A stretch of DNA of 63,747 nucleotides, the filler included, from Phoronis australis (lineage: Eukaryota > Animalia > Phoronida), in NCBI GenBank assembly GCA_002633005.1. It is 10 parts of 10 records of this genome, joined end to end, with 100 filler letters (N's around TTAATTAATTAA, not from the genome) between each part and the next. Parts side by side here need not be neighbours in the genome. Positions count along the whole stretch, not along the records: positions 27,492 to 42,644 come from NMRA01000674.1; positions 42,745 to 45,154 come from NMRA01003683.1; positions 45,255 to 48,925 come from NMRA01002902.1; positions 49,026 to 51,011 come from NMRA01002076.1; positions 51,112 to 54,121 come from NMRA01003278.1; 5 more parts are not named here. The stretch is one strand, 5' to 3'. The notes under the pieces are model-generated. The model ran no database searches. It saw nothing but the letters and a program-made list of their open reading frames with translations, and was not told the DNA's origin. The position numbers were made by a program, and so were the translations under genes. This document shows, in pieces, positions 38,566-52,239 of the stretch (position 1 is its first letter; every line of letters begins with the position of its first letter).

Positions 38566-39060
38566 ATTTATTGAGTTTTGTGTTTAATGGGGACGACTGA
38601 AGTGAAGCACCCATGGAATTCCTTGTCCTGTGTGTCAAACCTTGTAGTATTATATACAGAAGTTGAGGACGCCTTTGAATTGCTCATGTTTTGCTGAACT
38701 CTTGTTTTGTATACATTTATTGAGTTTTGCGTATGATATGGACAGCTGTAGTGACCCAGTGACCCAGTGAAGCACACATAACATTTTTAGTCCTGAGTGT
38801 CATACTGTGTAGTATATATTTATAGTGTATTGGGTAGGATCAGAAGCTGAGGGCATCTTTTAGTTATACCACAGGCGTCCTCAGCCTCTGAATCTGACCG
38901 TACCAATTACATGTACACTATAATACAAAAAGTTCGGACACTCGATTTTGTGTGAAGTGAAGCACTCATGGAATTCCTAGTTCCGAGTGTCATGCCTTGT
39001 GGTATTGTATATGTATACAGTGTACTGAGGATGATCAGAAGTAGAGGATGCCTGTGATTT
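38566..39060. repeat. Diverged 150-190-bp tandem repeat, 3 copies
   Basis: AGTGAAGCAC.CAT...TCC.GAGTGTCA at ~38600, ~38766 and ~38956; TTTATTGAGTTTTG twice. Confidence 0.65.
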
Positions 39061-40442
39061 ACAACACGGGCCGAGGACTTTCCGGATGACCCATGAGTTA
39101 ACGATATAATAAACATTGGACTTAAAAAGTTTGCCAAGCCAAGGCTGCCAGCTTCAACTGTTCTAAATCCAAGTAAAATCTGTGTGCACCTCCCTCAGAC
39201 TGGTATTGCATAAACAGGGATATTCCTGACCACATTTGAACCTGTTTCCTTTGGCACTCAGCCTCGTCTCCAGCCACAACATGGTGCTGATCAGTTAAGC
39301 TATGAGGCTTGGTAACGGGAAATAAAATGTGTCGGAATTTTTACAGAAATTGCCGGAATGTCACCCGTAATTTCACAATTTTCTGCAGTTTTATATAGAA
39401 ATAAAACTAATGGTACATTGTAGCAATTTAGATCCAAATTATTGCAAAATGGTGTATTTTGATTCAAAAACAGGTTAATACTATTCATAAATAAGAATTG
39501 AAACAAGTAAAAAGCACAACCTTTATTTCAGACCATAAGTAAAGCAATGCCTTCTGTCTCATGAATGGATGCAATGTGAAAATAATTGCCATCTGCCTTT
39601 GTTCAATGACGTCAAGGCATCGGTCAATCGTTGTGCAGAAATTCCCATAACCAAGTCTCAAATGGCTAAACCCATAGGCGCAATCTTGAGGCTTGGGGAC
39701 AAAGTTTAAAAGGTCACATCAGTGTCACTATTGTGAGTAAACACAGAGCAAAACCATCAATTGATGCTCGTAAGACTTTTTGTAACAGATTGTGAAGTAC
39801 TTCATATGAATTTTAAAATGGTAACAAAATAGACATTTTGGGAAGAAATGGGATGAATAAAATGTCGCTTCTGAAAATATTTATTACAAGAAACTGGAGT
39901 TCTACAACCAGCTGTAATACTTGTGTTAGGAAAGGATGAAACATTTATATCTTGCAGATTAACATTTCAAATAAGTTTCGTGGTGGAATGGTACACAGTG
40001 TCTTTAGGTAATTCTTATTATGCATAACTTATCTGGAAAATGTATAGTTGAGTCTTTTAGTTTGTACTCTAAGATACTAAGCAGGGTTTGTTCTATTTTA
40101 GGGATTGTGATCAAGGAGCACAGTAATGCTAATGCAAGCTTTATAGGAAAAGAGGCACCATGTTCCGAAAGGCTGGAGACAGGGAGGGAGGGCGAAGATT
40201 GTGTGAGTCAGACGCTGCCAATCCACTACTAAGCCTGCGACCGTTTTGTAAAAATAATTAGTTGCTTAATTGTTATTTATATAATTCATAATTTGTAAGT
40301 ATTTTACTTGGGCAGTTTCATAGCAATTAAAGAACAAGACTTTTCTTCTTGTAAGTCACAGCTGCACATGCAATGACCACCAAAGCAAACGTTTTAGAAG
40401 TTAAAAACCTGAAGCATTGAAAAAAACAAATCTGTTGTTATA

Positions 40443-40821
40443 CCCACAAACAATATTCCTGCATTTAGCCGGTAAAGGCAACACAAGTGGTTCAAAGCTG
40501 GCACTGTACTGGCCCACCACTGCACTTTCGCCTATGTAATTTGTGTACTGGCTTCATATGAGCCCATCAACGACCCTGTAATGGGCCAACACAGTCTGTC
40601 AATACTGGCCCTTTTTACAGGGCCGAAACCGGTTATTGGTGTACTGGTCCAGTAATGGCGTGGTACTGGTCCTTTGCTGGTTCGATATCGCCATCTTGTA
40701 CCGGGGCCAATACGGGGAAAGTGTGCAAAATGTTATTAGGCCAGTATTGGCCTACATCATTGGGCCAATACAGAAGACAGTTCAGGGCCAGCATTGGCCC
40801 AGTACCTACGTGTTAACTGGG
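40443..40821. mobile_element. Possible CCC...GGG MITE with TGGCCC/GGGCCA subterminal repeats
   Basis: Many ACTGGCCC/GGGCCA motifs; right end GTGTTAACTGGG; left end only weakly matching. Confidence 0.35.
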
Positions 40822-41767
40822 AAAAGTTTTTGGCAGGTTGAGTTGGTCATACGAAAAACGACTGACCTGTTTTTGTGGAAAGATTCCGCAAAAGCCATAC
40901 TGTATGTAGTAATGTACATGATGACGTCACATGGAAATAGACGAACATCGAATGAGTATGTTTCCTGAGGCCCTTCTCAACACAGATGGAATGTCACAAA
41001 CCACTGAGGTTTTCCACGACCCTGAAGTGGTCGAAGATGCCCTATCATTGATTTTATGTTCTTTGATTTCAGCGAACACAATCGTTTTTACGGCTGCAAA
41101 TCTTTTTGGGATTGTCTTTGAGTTCGAGGGTTGACTTATTAAAAGTAATTAGGTTTGGTTCGAACTTTAAAACAACAAAATATGACTTGTCTTCGGACAA
41201 ATCAACGAATCTTAACAAAGGCTGAAAGTTAAAATCAATTGAAATCAAGGTGGCGACCTCTTCAGTTATTTCGCTGAAAAAACCAGTGAAAATGGACTAC
41301 GCAGGCTGTGTATACTGACGATCAAACCTGGCGTAAAAAAATCAAGGGCTAATCCCGCAAGTGAAAAGGCAAAGAGCCTATGCACACTGCGAGATGGATA
41401 AACATTTCCTTTTATTGACAAGCATATCAGTTTGCATTGCTCTCCCGTCTTCCATAAATAGTCGGATACACATTCTTAATTTTGATTGACTTTTAAGTCA
41501 ATCAAAATTTACACTTCAAAAAGCGTAAACTTAATTCTTTCAAACTGTTTAATGTTTACAGACTGTGACATTCCTCGAAGAGTCTCAAAAAATTCCAAAA
41601 TGATTTAATAAAAAGCAATGTTTCTAGAAGGGGGGAATCTGCTTTGAAACAAGGCGGTAACTAATAACCTATGTAATATTGGGGAGAGACAATTGCATAT
41701 GTTCGAACAAAAAATCATTTTTTGGAATTTACACATTACTTCAGATAGGTGCAAATTCTACAAAAGC

Positions 41768-41978
41768 GTGGTGTCGTATAAGTGTGGTGTGTATAAGTGT
41801 GGTGTGTATAAGTGTGATGTGTATAAGTGTGGTGTGTATAAGTGTGGTGTGTGTAAGTGTGGTGTGTATAAGTGTGGTATTGTATAAGTGTGGTGTGTAT
41901 AAATGTGGTGTGTATAAGTGTGGTGTGTACAAGTGTGGTGTGTGTAAGTGTGGTTTGTATAAGTGTGGTGTGTATAAG
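41768..41978. repeat. 15-bp minisatellite (GTGTATAAGTGTGGT)n, ~14 copies
   Basis: Directly visible; explains the YKCGV and YTPHL ORFs. Confidence 0.95.
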
Positions 41979-42340
41979 CTGGACTAGGTTTTTCCAGCCT
42001 TGAACGAGATGCGACTTGTGTCTTAGTCAAGATAGTGTCAAGGAGTGTAGTACTACACTCCTTGATAGTATCTTGTTGAGGAATCACAACACACGACAAA
42101 TGATGTAAACTTATATTCATAGCCGTCACACAAAAGCATGTATAAGCATTTGACAAGAACTGTCTCACAGGATAAATTGTTCAAATGAATTACGTTCTTA
42201 AATAAAAACATAAGGCCTAAGTTGAATTTAATAAAATAATGTTCATTCGTCCTCTAACACTGGCAAAACCACATCGGTACAAGACTTGAAAGGCGATACT
42301 TTTTACCAAAAGCTGGAACTGGCATGGTACGGTACGTCAT

Positions 42341-42430
42341 CTACAGACCCACGTGATCCAGTTCGCGTTCCATCTGACAGACGGTACAAGGACAGCAACA
42401 CTGCGCCATACAGTCACCGCAAATCGAACC
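42341..42430 (-). CDS. PLAC8/cornifelin-family last exon (GSICGDCMAQCCCPCTVCQMERELDHVGL*)
   Basis: Acceptor TTTTCGTTTCAG|GGT; GS.C.DC...CC..C..CQ..RE is the PLAC8-domain C-terminal signature. Confidence 0.88.
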   Translation of the reverse strand, partial: GSICGDCMAQCCCPCTVCQMERELDHVGL

Positions 42431-43357
42431 CTGAAACGAAAAGTAGGATATCAGAAGAATCGTTGTTTCAATGTGTTCATTTCGTATTTTTGAAAGTGTA
42501 AAACCCCTCACGGTAGGCGTTGTCTCTAATTTGATTACGGATGAGGTCAACCGGCCGTGTATCAGAACAAAAAGCATACTTTTCCAGCCAAAGGGTAACT
42601 TGAGTCGTGATGCAAATAATAAACACGAGTTGTGATCACAATGCNNNNNNNNNNNNNNNNNNNNNNNNNNNNNNNNNNNNNNNNNNNNTTAATTAATTAA
42701 NNNNNNNNNNNNNNNNNNNNNNNNNNNNNNNNNNNNNNNNNNNNCGCATACATCTAAATCATTGCAGATCATACATGTACAGTGTATCCCTGCAATGTCA
42801 GTGGCAGTTGATGAAAGAAGCCAAAGTCCGGCTCAGCAACTAGGGTCTTCCCGTGTAGGATATGTTAGGTTAATCCTGATTGGTTAAATTTAGAGCGCGT
42901 TCTTATAGTATTTTTAGAGTGAAATTCTACGGCGACATTTTTCCTTTTATTAACGAGTGTAATTTTGCGGCGAAACTTTTGCCATTTAATATACGCAGGT
43001 AATTAAAAGCCTTGTTTTACGCCGTCGTAATTGACGGCGCAGTGATTCGTAATTGAAGGGTGTAATTTTACGGCGACAGTTTCCCGCCCACGGCCCACAT
43101 AAACAAACAGCGATTCCGTGGAGGACACCGGCTTCAACTTGTATCCATTTAGCCTAACAACCACAATTGTTTTATCGCATTGTCGTCTGCTCTACTTAAC
43201 GCGCCTTCCACCAAGAAATAACTTTTGGTTTCGGCCATTTGCCGTCGTAAATCTGATTATGAATCGTCCTTTAAAGAGATTGGAGACGATTCCTGGGCTT
43301 GTACCATAGAGTCTCAAGCCTTTGGCTACCAAACTGTCAGACTTTCATTAACCCAGA

Positions 43358-43512
43358 AATGTTTCTTCGTCTGTGTGAGGGGCAAGTTGAGGCTCGTTTT
43401 ATAGCCAGGAGTCCGTAAAGGAAAACACTTCTTAAGCCAGGTTCATGAAACAGGGCACATGGAGTTTTAAACACTGTGAGGTTCTACATACGTATTCATG
43501 GCAAACAGCACG
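43358..43512 (-). pseudogene. Possible decayed RING-HC relic (RNF180-like)
   Basis: Across two frameshifts: RAVC-MNTYVEPHSV-KTPCALFHEPGLRS...STCPSHRRRNI; several Zn ligands lost. Confidence 0.3.
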
Positions 43513-44015
43513 ATTTTCTTGTTGTTGTCCGTCTTCACTACAATGGCTTCCTCAGAGATAACGTACAACCGTTGTGGACCTAACTCGAGTGTGACTGGAT
43601 GAATCGTCTCTCTGTTGGGTTCAACGACGACTTCCTCATCCGGTTGCCTAGTCAGAAAGGCGAAAATAAATCGATGGAGATCAAATAATTTCGATTTGTA
43701 GCGGCTGAATGGAGAAGTTGAACTGTGGTCACCTTCAGGATTATTATAAGTCGCGATCACCACAATCATCAGCCATTGGTAAATACAATTCACAAGGATT
43801 CACTTGACTGACGTCGATTTCCATGAGGTCCGTCAACATGTTTTAAGGATGGTCAAACCCTCACGAAGTTGAACCTAGCAAGGATTTTTTCAGCAGAATT
43901 GCATTTGTGTTTAGGCCTGCATTGAGGTTGGGGTCGATCGTGCGTTTATAAAATTGCTGAGCCCGAGTCATAGTTCAGCCGCCATCAAAAGGTGGAGCTG
44001 GAAGTTGTGTATATA

Positions 44016-44175
44016 ACCGGCATGCGTTCAGTAGACGCTAGGACCTACGCTAGGACCTAGCTAAAACCTAGTCAAAGTCAGGTGCTCTTATTTAAAATGC
44101 ACGGCAATAGCTCACGTAATCTTGTGAAGTTTTGCTTTTTAGCGAGGTCCTAGCGTTACTGAACGGGAGGCCGGT
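44016..44175. mobile_element. 160-bp MITE
   Basis: ACCGGC..GCGTTCAGTA.ACGCTAGGACCT vs AGGTCCTAGCGTTACTGAACG...GCCGGT. Confidence 0.75.
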
Positions 44176-45522
44176 CTCGCTGATTCCCTGCGGCCCTAGC
44201 CTGCACGCAGGTATCGCGCTGTGGCACGCGCTTTAGCATTGGTTGATGTAAGCTGTGCAGTAATTGGTTAGCTTTACAGCTACGTGAAAAAGTGGAGTAC
44301 TATGGACGATTTTAGCCTTGACATGCAAGTGGCATAGCAGCAACTATTTCGTTTCTGTAATAATGTTTAATAGCCGCGTGCTTGAAGCACATACATGTAC
44401 AATAAACACATATCTGGCAGATTTAATCGGTGTTATTCATACTGTGTGAATACAGGACAGTTGTCGACAGTAGAAAGATGCACTCCGAAAAGGCGCAACT
44501 ACTGTACCAGTGGAGGATCTAGGATATCACAAGGGGGGCCCAACATTTTGTCTGAAAACATTTGCACAAAGTACGATTAGATGCGCATAGCACCGAATGG
44601 GGGGAGGTCGAGAGGACGGTTAGCCCTCCTACTGGCCAGGACAATTTTTACGTTTTTTTCTCTAAAAATCAAGCATTTTTCTTGATTCCTGAAGTATTAT
44701 TCAAGAAAAAAGGCAAACAAAAAGAAAAAAAAACCACTGAGAACGTGTCAAACGTAAAAACTGCAAGTACCACGACCTGGCAGATAGAGCGCGCATGCTT
44801 TACCACTGTACCACCACGATTTCACTCACAATGTGATAGTAGGAGACCTACTTGTTTATGGTCCACAGCGTTTGCGCGCGAAACCTACTTCTTTTTGTAA
44901 TGCTTATTACACTTTTATATTTTGTGCAATCAGTTCGTAACAAAGTTGTTGTATTTAAAATAGTCTTCAATTGCCCAAAAGACCAAATCCGTTTTTTTGT
45001 GTTGGCATTAATGACGCGATTGCTTTGGAAATCGTCTTAAGTTAAGGTTTGACAAAGAGAGAATTATGAGTTTCTGAGTGATTCACTAAGGCTTCGATTA
45101 AAATTCACATCTTACCAGCAGCTTCTACTCAGATTCCATTTTCTTTAAAAAATGNNNNNNNNNNNNNNNNNNNNNNNNNNNNNNNNNNNNNNNNNNNNTT
45201 AATTAATTAANNNNNNNNNNNNNNNNNNNNNNNNNNNNNNNNNNNNNNNNNNNNTGACCGCGACTTTCCTAGTTCAAATCGCAACACTGTCAACATGCAA
45301 AAGTACAGCAAAGAGTCTAGTATATATATCATTCAAATAGGGTCATGAGATGATACAAACAGTTTTCGAATTGGTTCTAGGAACTTCTCTGACCTGTCAG
45401 ACTAACCAGCAGTTCTACATGGTCAGCACTAAGCCACGCTCTCAAGGGTACACACAGAAACATTAATTGCATTTACCAGCAGGTATCTTACACATACCGT
45501 GGAGAAACCAATACCAACTAAC

Positions 45523-45665
45523 CTTTTGTGAGCTAGTCAGAGAATGCTGCGCTTTAAGTGATTCTTCTATGTATTCTCTCTCCTCCCAGGATATCCGTGG
45601 GTGGTCTTTTGGGCTGTCGTGAACTACTGCCATCCAAACCATGAACCAAACTATGCCCAGGCAAC
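45523..45665 (-). CDS. SLC17: SLC17 (sialin-type MFS anion transporter) exon: GCLGIVWFMVWMAVVHDSPKDHPRISWEEREYIEESL
   Basis: Acceptor TTCTCAG|GT, donor AAG|GTTAGT; D.P..HPRIS..E..YI is the SLC17 signature; phase matches the previous exon. Confidence 0.92.
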
Positions 45666-46964
45666 CTGAGAATAGAAACAATTACAATAATTTAGGTCAC
45701 TGTTAATATCGTCAATATTACAAAAACGTGTTATAATTAAAGGTACATACTTATCACTCGGCATACACGAGCATATTAGGTTCTATAATCCACTTCCCAA
45801 CACATAACTCCAAATGATTCTTGCCTGTTTTGATTTGAGCATAGTACTAACGAAAAGCTTGTTTTGTTGGGGACTGGGCATCAGAGATGACTGTTAAAGT
45901 TATGGTAGACTTTATAAACAAGTTTGTTCATTTCATCCGGGGGGGTTTGGGCTCCATTTGGCCAAGTGGCAAATGTCCGGCTCAGAGATACAAAAATCCC
46001 AAAAAAGTAGAAAACGAGACAAAATCCCACTAAAAAGGCATAGCTCTGAGCACACCTCGTGAATCTTAGTAAAAGGTCCACATTCTCAAAAATTCGAGCC
46101 CCCATTTCTAAGGTTGGATGCACGCAAGTATGTCCCCAAATATCTAGAAAAGTATAGAAATTAGTTCGTAAAAACTTTTATTTTCTAAGAGTAGAATGTC
46201 TGTATAATTTGATTTAAAAAATTAAAAGTTCACATGAAACACAATGGGTCATGAGACCATGTCGCATCATTACGATTCAGCAAAAACGAAAGTTACATTC
46301 ACCGCAAAAAAAATATTTAAAAAAATGGTATCATCATGCCTGACAAAATTTCATTAGATGTAAATGATCAAGAACAATCTCAAAAAATTGTTAATAAAAA
46401 CTACCAAACTTGTCTTGTTCGATAGACCCTCATGCAAAGCAGAACATTTTAAAAACCCATCTTAATAGCATTTTGGACAACAGAGCATCAAGCACAACAT
46501 GCGAAAGTTTCATATGAATCCAGCTGATCATGAAACAGACCCCAGCAGTTAAAATTTGAAGCATTGAAAAATTCGTAGCCCAGGTGTTGCAATACCTTCC
46601 TAATTTTCCCTGGTTCAGTGTAAATGAGAAGATATCCCACACCAATAAAGCAGAATAATTATCTGTCAGAGGCTCTTAAACAACAAATTATCCACAAAAA
46701 TTGGATACAATTCTCCCCGCAAACTCACTTTCTATGAAAGACTCCACGTGTTACAATGCTTTACCAAATAGTTGTGAAGGAAGCAACAAAACTTTTGACA
46801 GTCACACTCACACAAAAATTCCACGCTTCGCCTCAAACACCATATTTAGCAAATTTCTTAATAAGTAAAATGCCAAATGCCTCACATATACATGCGAACA
46901 GGAATGTGATTGTTAAGTGTTGCATTATTCCTATTAATGCTACTTCCAAAAATTGATATCTTAC

Positions 46965-47054
46965 CAAACACGTAAAATACTGATGGCCAACCCCAGCTTG
47001 ATTGACACAGCAATCCTGACAATGGCAAGGATAAAACAGTACCTGCCTGGGTGC
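46965..47054 (-). CDS. SLC17: SLC17 exon: GTQAGTVLSLPLSGLLCQSSWGWPSVFYVFG
   Basis: 90-nt phase 1-1 exon with CTTTTCAG acceptor and G|GTAAG donor; PLSGLLC...GWPSVFYVFG motif. Confidence 0.92.
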
Positions 47055-47224
47055 CTGAAAAGATGACAACCACATGTCGGTTTAATTTCAATTGTACAAT
47101 TTTTCTTGGATTCCAAGCTCAAATTGATGGGTAACTGATGAAAATTTAAGTGAGCAAAAAAAATTTGTAAAGTTTACAGGTGGTAAATTGAATCTTAATC
47201 ATGAAACTATCAACCAATAATCAT

Positions 47225-48077
47225 ACAAGAGCAACACAGAGCATTAGAATGTGCCCATGACTGCACTGCAAACGGTGTGTTTCTAAGGGCTGATTTTAGG
47301 ATCATAAAAATGGCCACTAGATGGTGCAGAGTACCTTGAGCTGTCCGATATTTAAAGGGTGTCGTCACCTCTCTGATACAAAACTATTAGGCAATTTCAT
47401 GAAAATCCCCTAACTTGGAACTCCAAAGATGAGTCAATTGCCACTAGGTGGAACGAAAGCTAAATTTGTATGAAAAACATGAAGTTTCTGTTGCCTTTTT
47501 GATACCAACTGTTTTGTCACATTTCATGAAAATCCATCGCGGTACTCCAAAGATACGCAGGTAATCGCAAATAAACTAAAATTGCAACTGGGGGGGGGGG
47601 CACATTCGCACTTGAATTAGTCTGAAACTTGTCATCTGCTGTCAGTTCCATAGGAACTCATCTGTCAAAGTTCTCAAAGATCCTCAAAAGGTAAAAAAAA
47701 GAATTTCTACTAGAGGATGCCAAATGTAGCTGAACCTGTCCGAAAAATCAACATCAACCTCAGACTACTCATCAGAAACACATTTGATAATTTTCACTGA
47801 CAATGATTTTTTAGCAGTTTGGTGGATAAAGAAGTAGAGATAAAAAACAGAGAAAAGTACAAAATGTCTACTAAGTAACACAGACTAGATCAAATCCATC
47901 CGAAAATCAAATAAAAATCAAATTTGTTGTCACATGTCATAAGCTTCATAGGAACGCATCTGCCAAATCTCATTAAGAACAGACAAGGGGTTCAGGAGAG
48001 ACAGCAACAGACACCGGATGACCAGACAGGGATGACGGCAATATGCACCCACATATAAATATGTGGGCGCATAAAAA
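47225..48077 (-). mobile_element. Non-autonomous Helentron-type (HINE/DINE-like) element, same family as 55012-56137
   Basis: Minus strand head TTTTTATGCGCCCAC..GTGGGTGCATAT, GTC(T/A)-like tract, core repeats, and 3' end GGGCACATT..GTGTTGCTCTTGT. Confidence 0.7.
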
Positions 48078-50937
48078 CACCCATGCCAGGAACAAACCAT
48101 TACGAAGCAATAATACCTGGCAACTTGAAAACCGAGATTAAGCAAAACAAACTGCAGTTACTGTAGTGGAATACCTTAATCATGCTGGCATTGATGCAAT
48201 ATCCCAAGAGCAGTTTTCCCTGGAGGAGAGGGTCACTCATACTGACAAGGTGCCCGCAAGCGTGTACCAAAAATTGCGGGTAGGTGGCACTTTTTCAGCA
48301 AATTTTGCGGGACATGCACAAGGTCCAATAAGCCCGAAATTTTCACTTCAAAAGGGTTAGGGAGAAAAATCTACCCCAAAAGGGGATGGGAATTAGCAGA
48401 CCTGGCACCCACAAGAGGGGGTCAACACATGTGAAAAAATGGGTTTTTTTATGAAACATTATTACCAAAAAACTTTGAACAGAGAAAAACTGTTGACTTT
48501 CATAGAAACTGGATTCAATTGTTGAATTAAAAGATGTTTAAACAATGATCATTGACCCATGATTTTGCTAATCAGACAATTTCAGAATTTTATGAAGCTT
48601 ACCTGTTCCTGTAAAAGCTGCAAGTTTGCTTCTTTCAAGTGGAGGGGCCCATCTACCCCACATTGCAAAAATGGCTGGCATGGTGACCCCCTGAAAACAA
48701 TAACGACAACTCAGGCTGGAAGTGGAGGAGAAAGCAACCCCAGAACTGAGACGACAATATCTTAAATTAAAACCACATCACCATACATTAGTTCCAGTAT
48801 TGCAATTCCTTTAATTTGTGTTTCTATAACTTTCAAAGCGATTGCTTTCATAAATACGGAATCAGTCTGCTAAGATATCCTTTCATATTAAGGGCTCTGG
48901 CAGTGAAAACCTAACCATCTGCATGNNNNNNNNNNNNNNNNNNNNNNNNNNNNNNNNNNNNNNNNNNNNTTAATTAATTAANNNNNNNNNNNNNNNNNNN
49001 NNNNNNNNNNNNNNNNNNNNNNNNNACTCAGAAAATATCATTATACAATTAAAAATCAGATCTATAGTTTTGCAGATGCTTGGCTACATACGCAGACCTG
49101 TTGATAGTCTTTCATAACCTTTTAAAATCATGGCTTTTAGGTTTCCCTTGCACTGGCTAACTTGCTTATGAAGAAAAATGAGAAAAGATGACTCGAAAAT
49201 GAACTGAAATAGTAGGATGTTACTCGTAATTCAGACTTTTTTCACCAGCCTCGATGTTGTTAATGCTTCTTCTTTATCCATGCCTGCTGGCAGGGTGGCT
49301 GTTTCACTTTCTTGTGGGCATTATTTGTAGGGGGTAATAAACATGAGTGGATTTCGTTGTATTCTGATGCGATATATCTAGAAGTTGCTGTGTGAAAAGC
49401 TTCATTAGGACTGAACTACATTATAAGGCTGTGGTAACATATAATCACCAAGAGATACCAGCTATCTGTTCTGTCTCTTTTAAATTTGTGGGCTGCAAGC
49501 CGAAGTGTTCCCATTGGGGACTTCCCATTTTGTCCCAAACTGAAATGTAATATTACAATAAAGATAAATATCTACATTTTGTCTTTACATTTGATTTGTA
49601 ATCGATCATTAACCCCTCCTTAATGCATTTCATGTTCTACTTTTGAAAAAGTTAATTTAGTCTTCCGTTAATTAGCCATTGAAGTTTGCATGTGTAAGCT
49701 TATGCACAAGGAATGCGTAAAATTACACAAGTCATACGTGATATTACGCACGACTGCTTGATGTTACGCACGGATACGTAATATTACACGCTGACATGTA
49801 ATCTTACACATTATGCGTAATCTTATGCAATGATTTGTGATATCATGCAAGAATGAAATTTGCCGTTGTGGTGACTTGGGATTTCTGAAGTGCCGCATGT
49901 ATTTGAATTTTGTTATAATGCTATTGCTTGACTGTTGCTTGTAGTTTATAAGACGATTTGTTAGATGTTTTTGATCCACTGTGGTTTTTTAGTTTTGTTA
50001 TGATTGGGCATTCTCATTTAATCAGAAGTTCCCTTTTTGTGAATGATTTTTTTTCTGTTAGAAACTTGTTTCTCATGCACGGCAGTTCTGTTTTTGCAAT
50101 CACATTATTTCATCACAAACGTCATTACTTTTCACTGATAACTGCATGCCAGGATTTTCCGCTTTACAAGCAGCCCCTGAATTATAGGCATGTTTGCCTA
50201 TAATGAGAGCCACAATTAATTTGATTGACGTAATTGGTGCTGGTTAGTTATGTCCTTACTTAATGCCAATGTTGCTGCTGTCATTGAATACAGGTTTCCC
50301 AAGTTTTCCAGTTCAGGTACTTTGTTGGTCGAACATTTTCCATTAATTTAATAAAACCTTTTTTCTGCATATCGGCCCAGACTTATGTTTCAGGTACTAC
50401 AAACTAAGGTAAAAATGGATGTCATTTTCTGAATATGGAGCCTGGATTTGCTATCGGAAAATCCTGGAAAGCACAGGCTTAGGCTGCAATGTATCAAACA
50501 TGTAATGAAATTGTCTGTATTTAGGAATACCATTCTTTAATTGACCCATCGCAAGCTCTGTCCCCTTGTGAAATGTTGACAAACAAACAAAAAGTTTACC
50601 CGACAACGTGCTGTTTGTTGGGTAAAATGGCGGCTTGGAAACAAAGGTGTGTCAAGAATGCTGTGTTCTGATTGTCACTTAAGCCGTCACTCAAAGTCCT
50701 GGCATTAAGTCAATTCAGTGATAATGTTATGAAAAATGAAATGTGTAAGAGCAGAATAGGTTGTCAAGAGAAAAGGCATACAGCTTAGGAGAAGAGAATC
50801 GATGCATTTGTAATTTAAGACACAATATGGCCGACAAGCGGAGTTTTGTTTTATTTTGTTTTCTAGAAACATATGTAACACAAATTTAAAATAAATGATA
50901 TCACCCTCTTCAAGTTCTGTTCCACAGCTACTATCAA

Positions 50938-51011
50938 ACAATGTGTTGAAACATTGTATTCACAACAATGTGTTGAAACATTGTATTCACAACAATGTGT
51001 TGAAACATTGT
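50938..51011. repeat. 27-bp perfect tandem repeat with an internal hairpin, at contig edge
   Basis: Unit ACAATGT-GTTGAA-ACATTGT-ATTCACA, ~2.7 copies. Confidence 0.9.
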
Positions 51012-52030
51012 NNNNNNNNNNNNNNNNNNNNNNNNNNNNNNNNNNNNNNNNNNNNTTAATTAATTAANNNNNNNNNNNNNNNNNNNNNNNNNNNNNNNNN
51101 NNNNNNNNNNNGTACATATGCACAAATTTTGGGCAACTTAAAATGGATCTATTCTTACTGATTACTTAATCAATATTTATTCTGACAGAGGTTTTAACAA
51201 AAAATGCATTGAACAAGGCTTTTACATCTAAGTTTACAAAGTCAGCCCTCTTGTAGTGATCTTTTTACTAAAAAAACGTGTGAATCAAGACTTTTATGTC
51301 TAAATTTACGAAAACAGCCAAATAGCTAACTAAACAGGTATTACAGATATTACAGATTTTGGTTGAACGACGAGTGCAAATTGCTGTTATATCATATCAT
51401 CTGAACTAGCTTTATATTATGTACAATGAGTCAACAAAGCTGCAGTTACCAACAAGAAAAATGCACAGATGATGCCTAAGATGTCTATGGCAGAGACACT
51501 CTCAGGCAACCAAACTGGTGTTTATGATTGACAGGTCTACTAAATACTTTGAAAATGGTTTGAACAATATTTAACATTTTATATACATTTTGTATACATT
51601 GTATATTTATTTCTGAGTTGAAAGGGTCAACTTCTATCTTTCATTAACTGGAGTGTCCTAGTAATCTTACAATGTGGGCATCCAAAGGAGAAATTCTGAT
51701 TGACAGAGCAAAACAAATGATGCATTGGGGGTCCTTGCTAGGGCATCCAGATTAGTGTTAGGACATACTTGCATGAGGGCCTGCCCACAATGTTGTATTG
51801 AGCACAGTAGATGGGTTGTTTCTGTAGATTTCAAAAGATGGGACAAATGTTCTGTAGCCTGACAAGGTATTAAAGTCTGCAACTGTCTTACTTGAGGAAA
51901 ACCATCATTTTTATATTCTGTCCTGTTTATGGTCTTCTGATAGTTACAGTGTATTAATGCCTGGGTAAGTAGGACAGAGCAGATAAAGTTTATGACCATT
52001 GAGTTTTGTCATATTTATTTTGTAGCGGGG

Positions 52031-52198
52031 TGTTGTCAATATAAATGTACTAGTAACATAATTGTGTGCCAGTTGTAGTGTTTGTGACTACATCCGGGTT
52101 ATTGTGAATCCTCGTTTTAGTAAAAATGTACTACGTGGCAAGATGGCTGAATAGAAAGTTCATTTTATCAGAGACTTGTTTTATTAGAGAATACGACA
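52031..52198 (+). repeat. Putative 5' LTR of the Gypsy element
   Basis: TGTTGT...ACGACA inverted termini just upstream of the PBS. The 3' LTR is not in the contig, so the left boundary is uncertain. Confidence 0.4.
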
Positions 52199-52204
52199 CC
52201 GTTT

Positions 52205-52217
52205 TGGGGACGAGGAT
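52205..52217 (+). promoter_or_regulatory. Primer-binding site complementary to the tRNA-Ser(GCT) 3' end
   Basis: TGGGGACGAGGAT vs expected TGGCGACGAGGAT (one mismatch), 22 nt before the gag ATG. Confidence 0.65.
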
Positions 52218-52239
52218 AAACTCCCAACATATATAAGTG

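Noticed and set aside
39540-39800. Possible hAT transposase relic (LFSHCIH) on the minus strand
   Set aside because: Only a few residues among stops; insufficient evidence.
41679-42168. ORFs with YKCGV, VVCIS and YTPHL repeats
   Set aside because: They are translations of a 15-bp minisatellite open in several frames on both strands.
42763-42843. + strand CQWQLMKEAKVRLSN* as a second PLAC8-like end
   Set aside because: Lacks the Cys pattern; similarity is at chance level.
9355-51011. CRISPR-like arrays (41-, 59-, 15- and 27-bp repeats)
   Set aside because: Contiguous tandem units with no unique spacers, no cas genes and a eukaryotic context.
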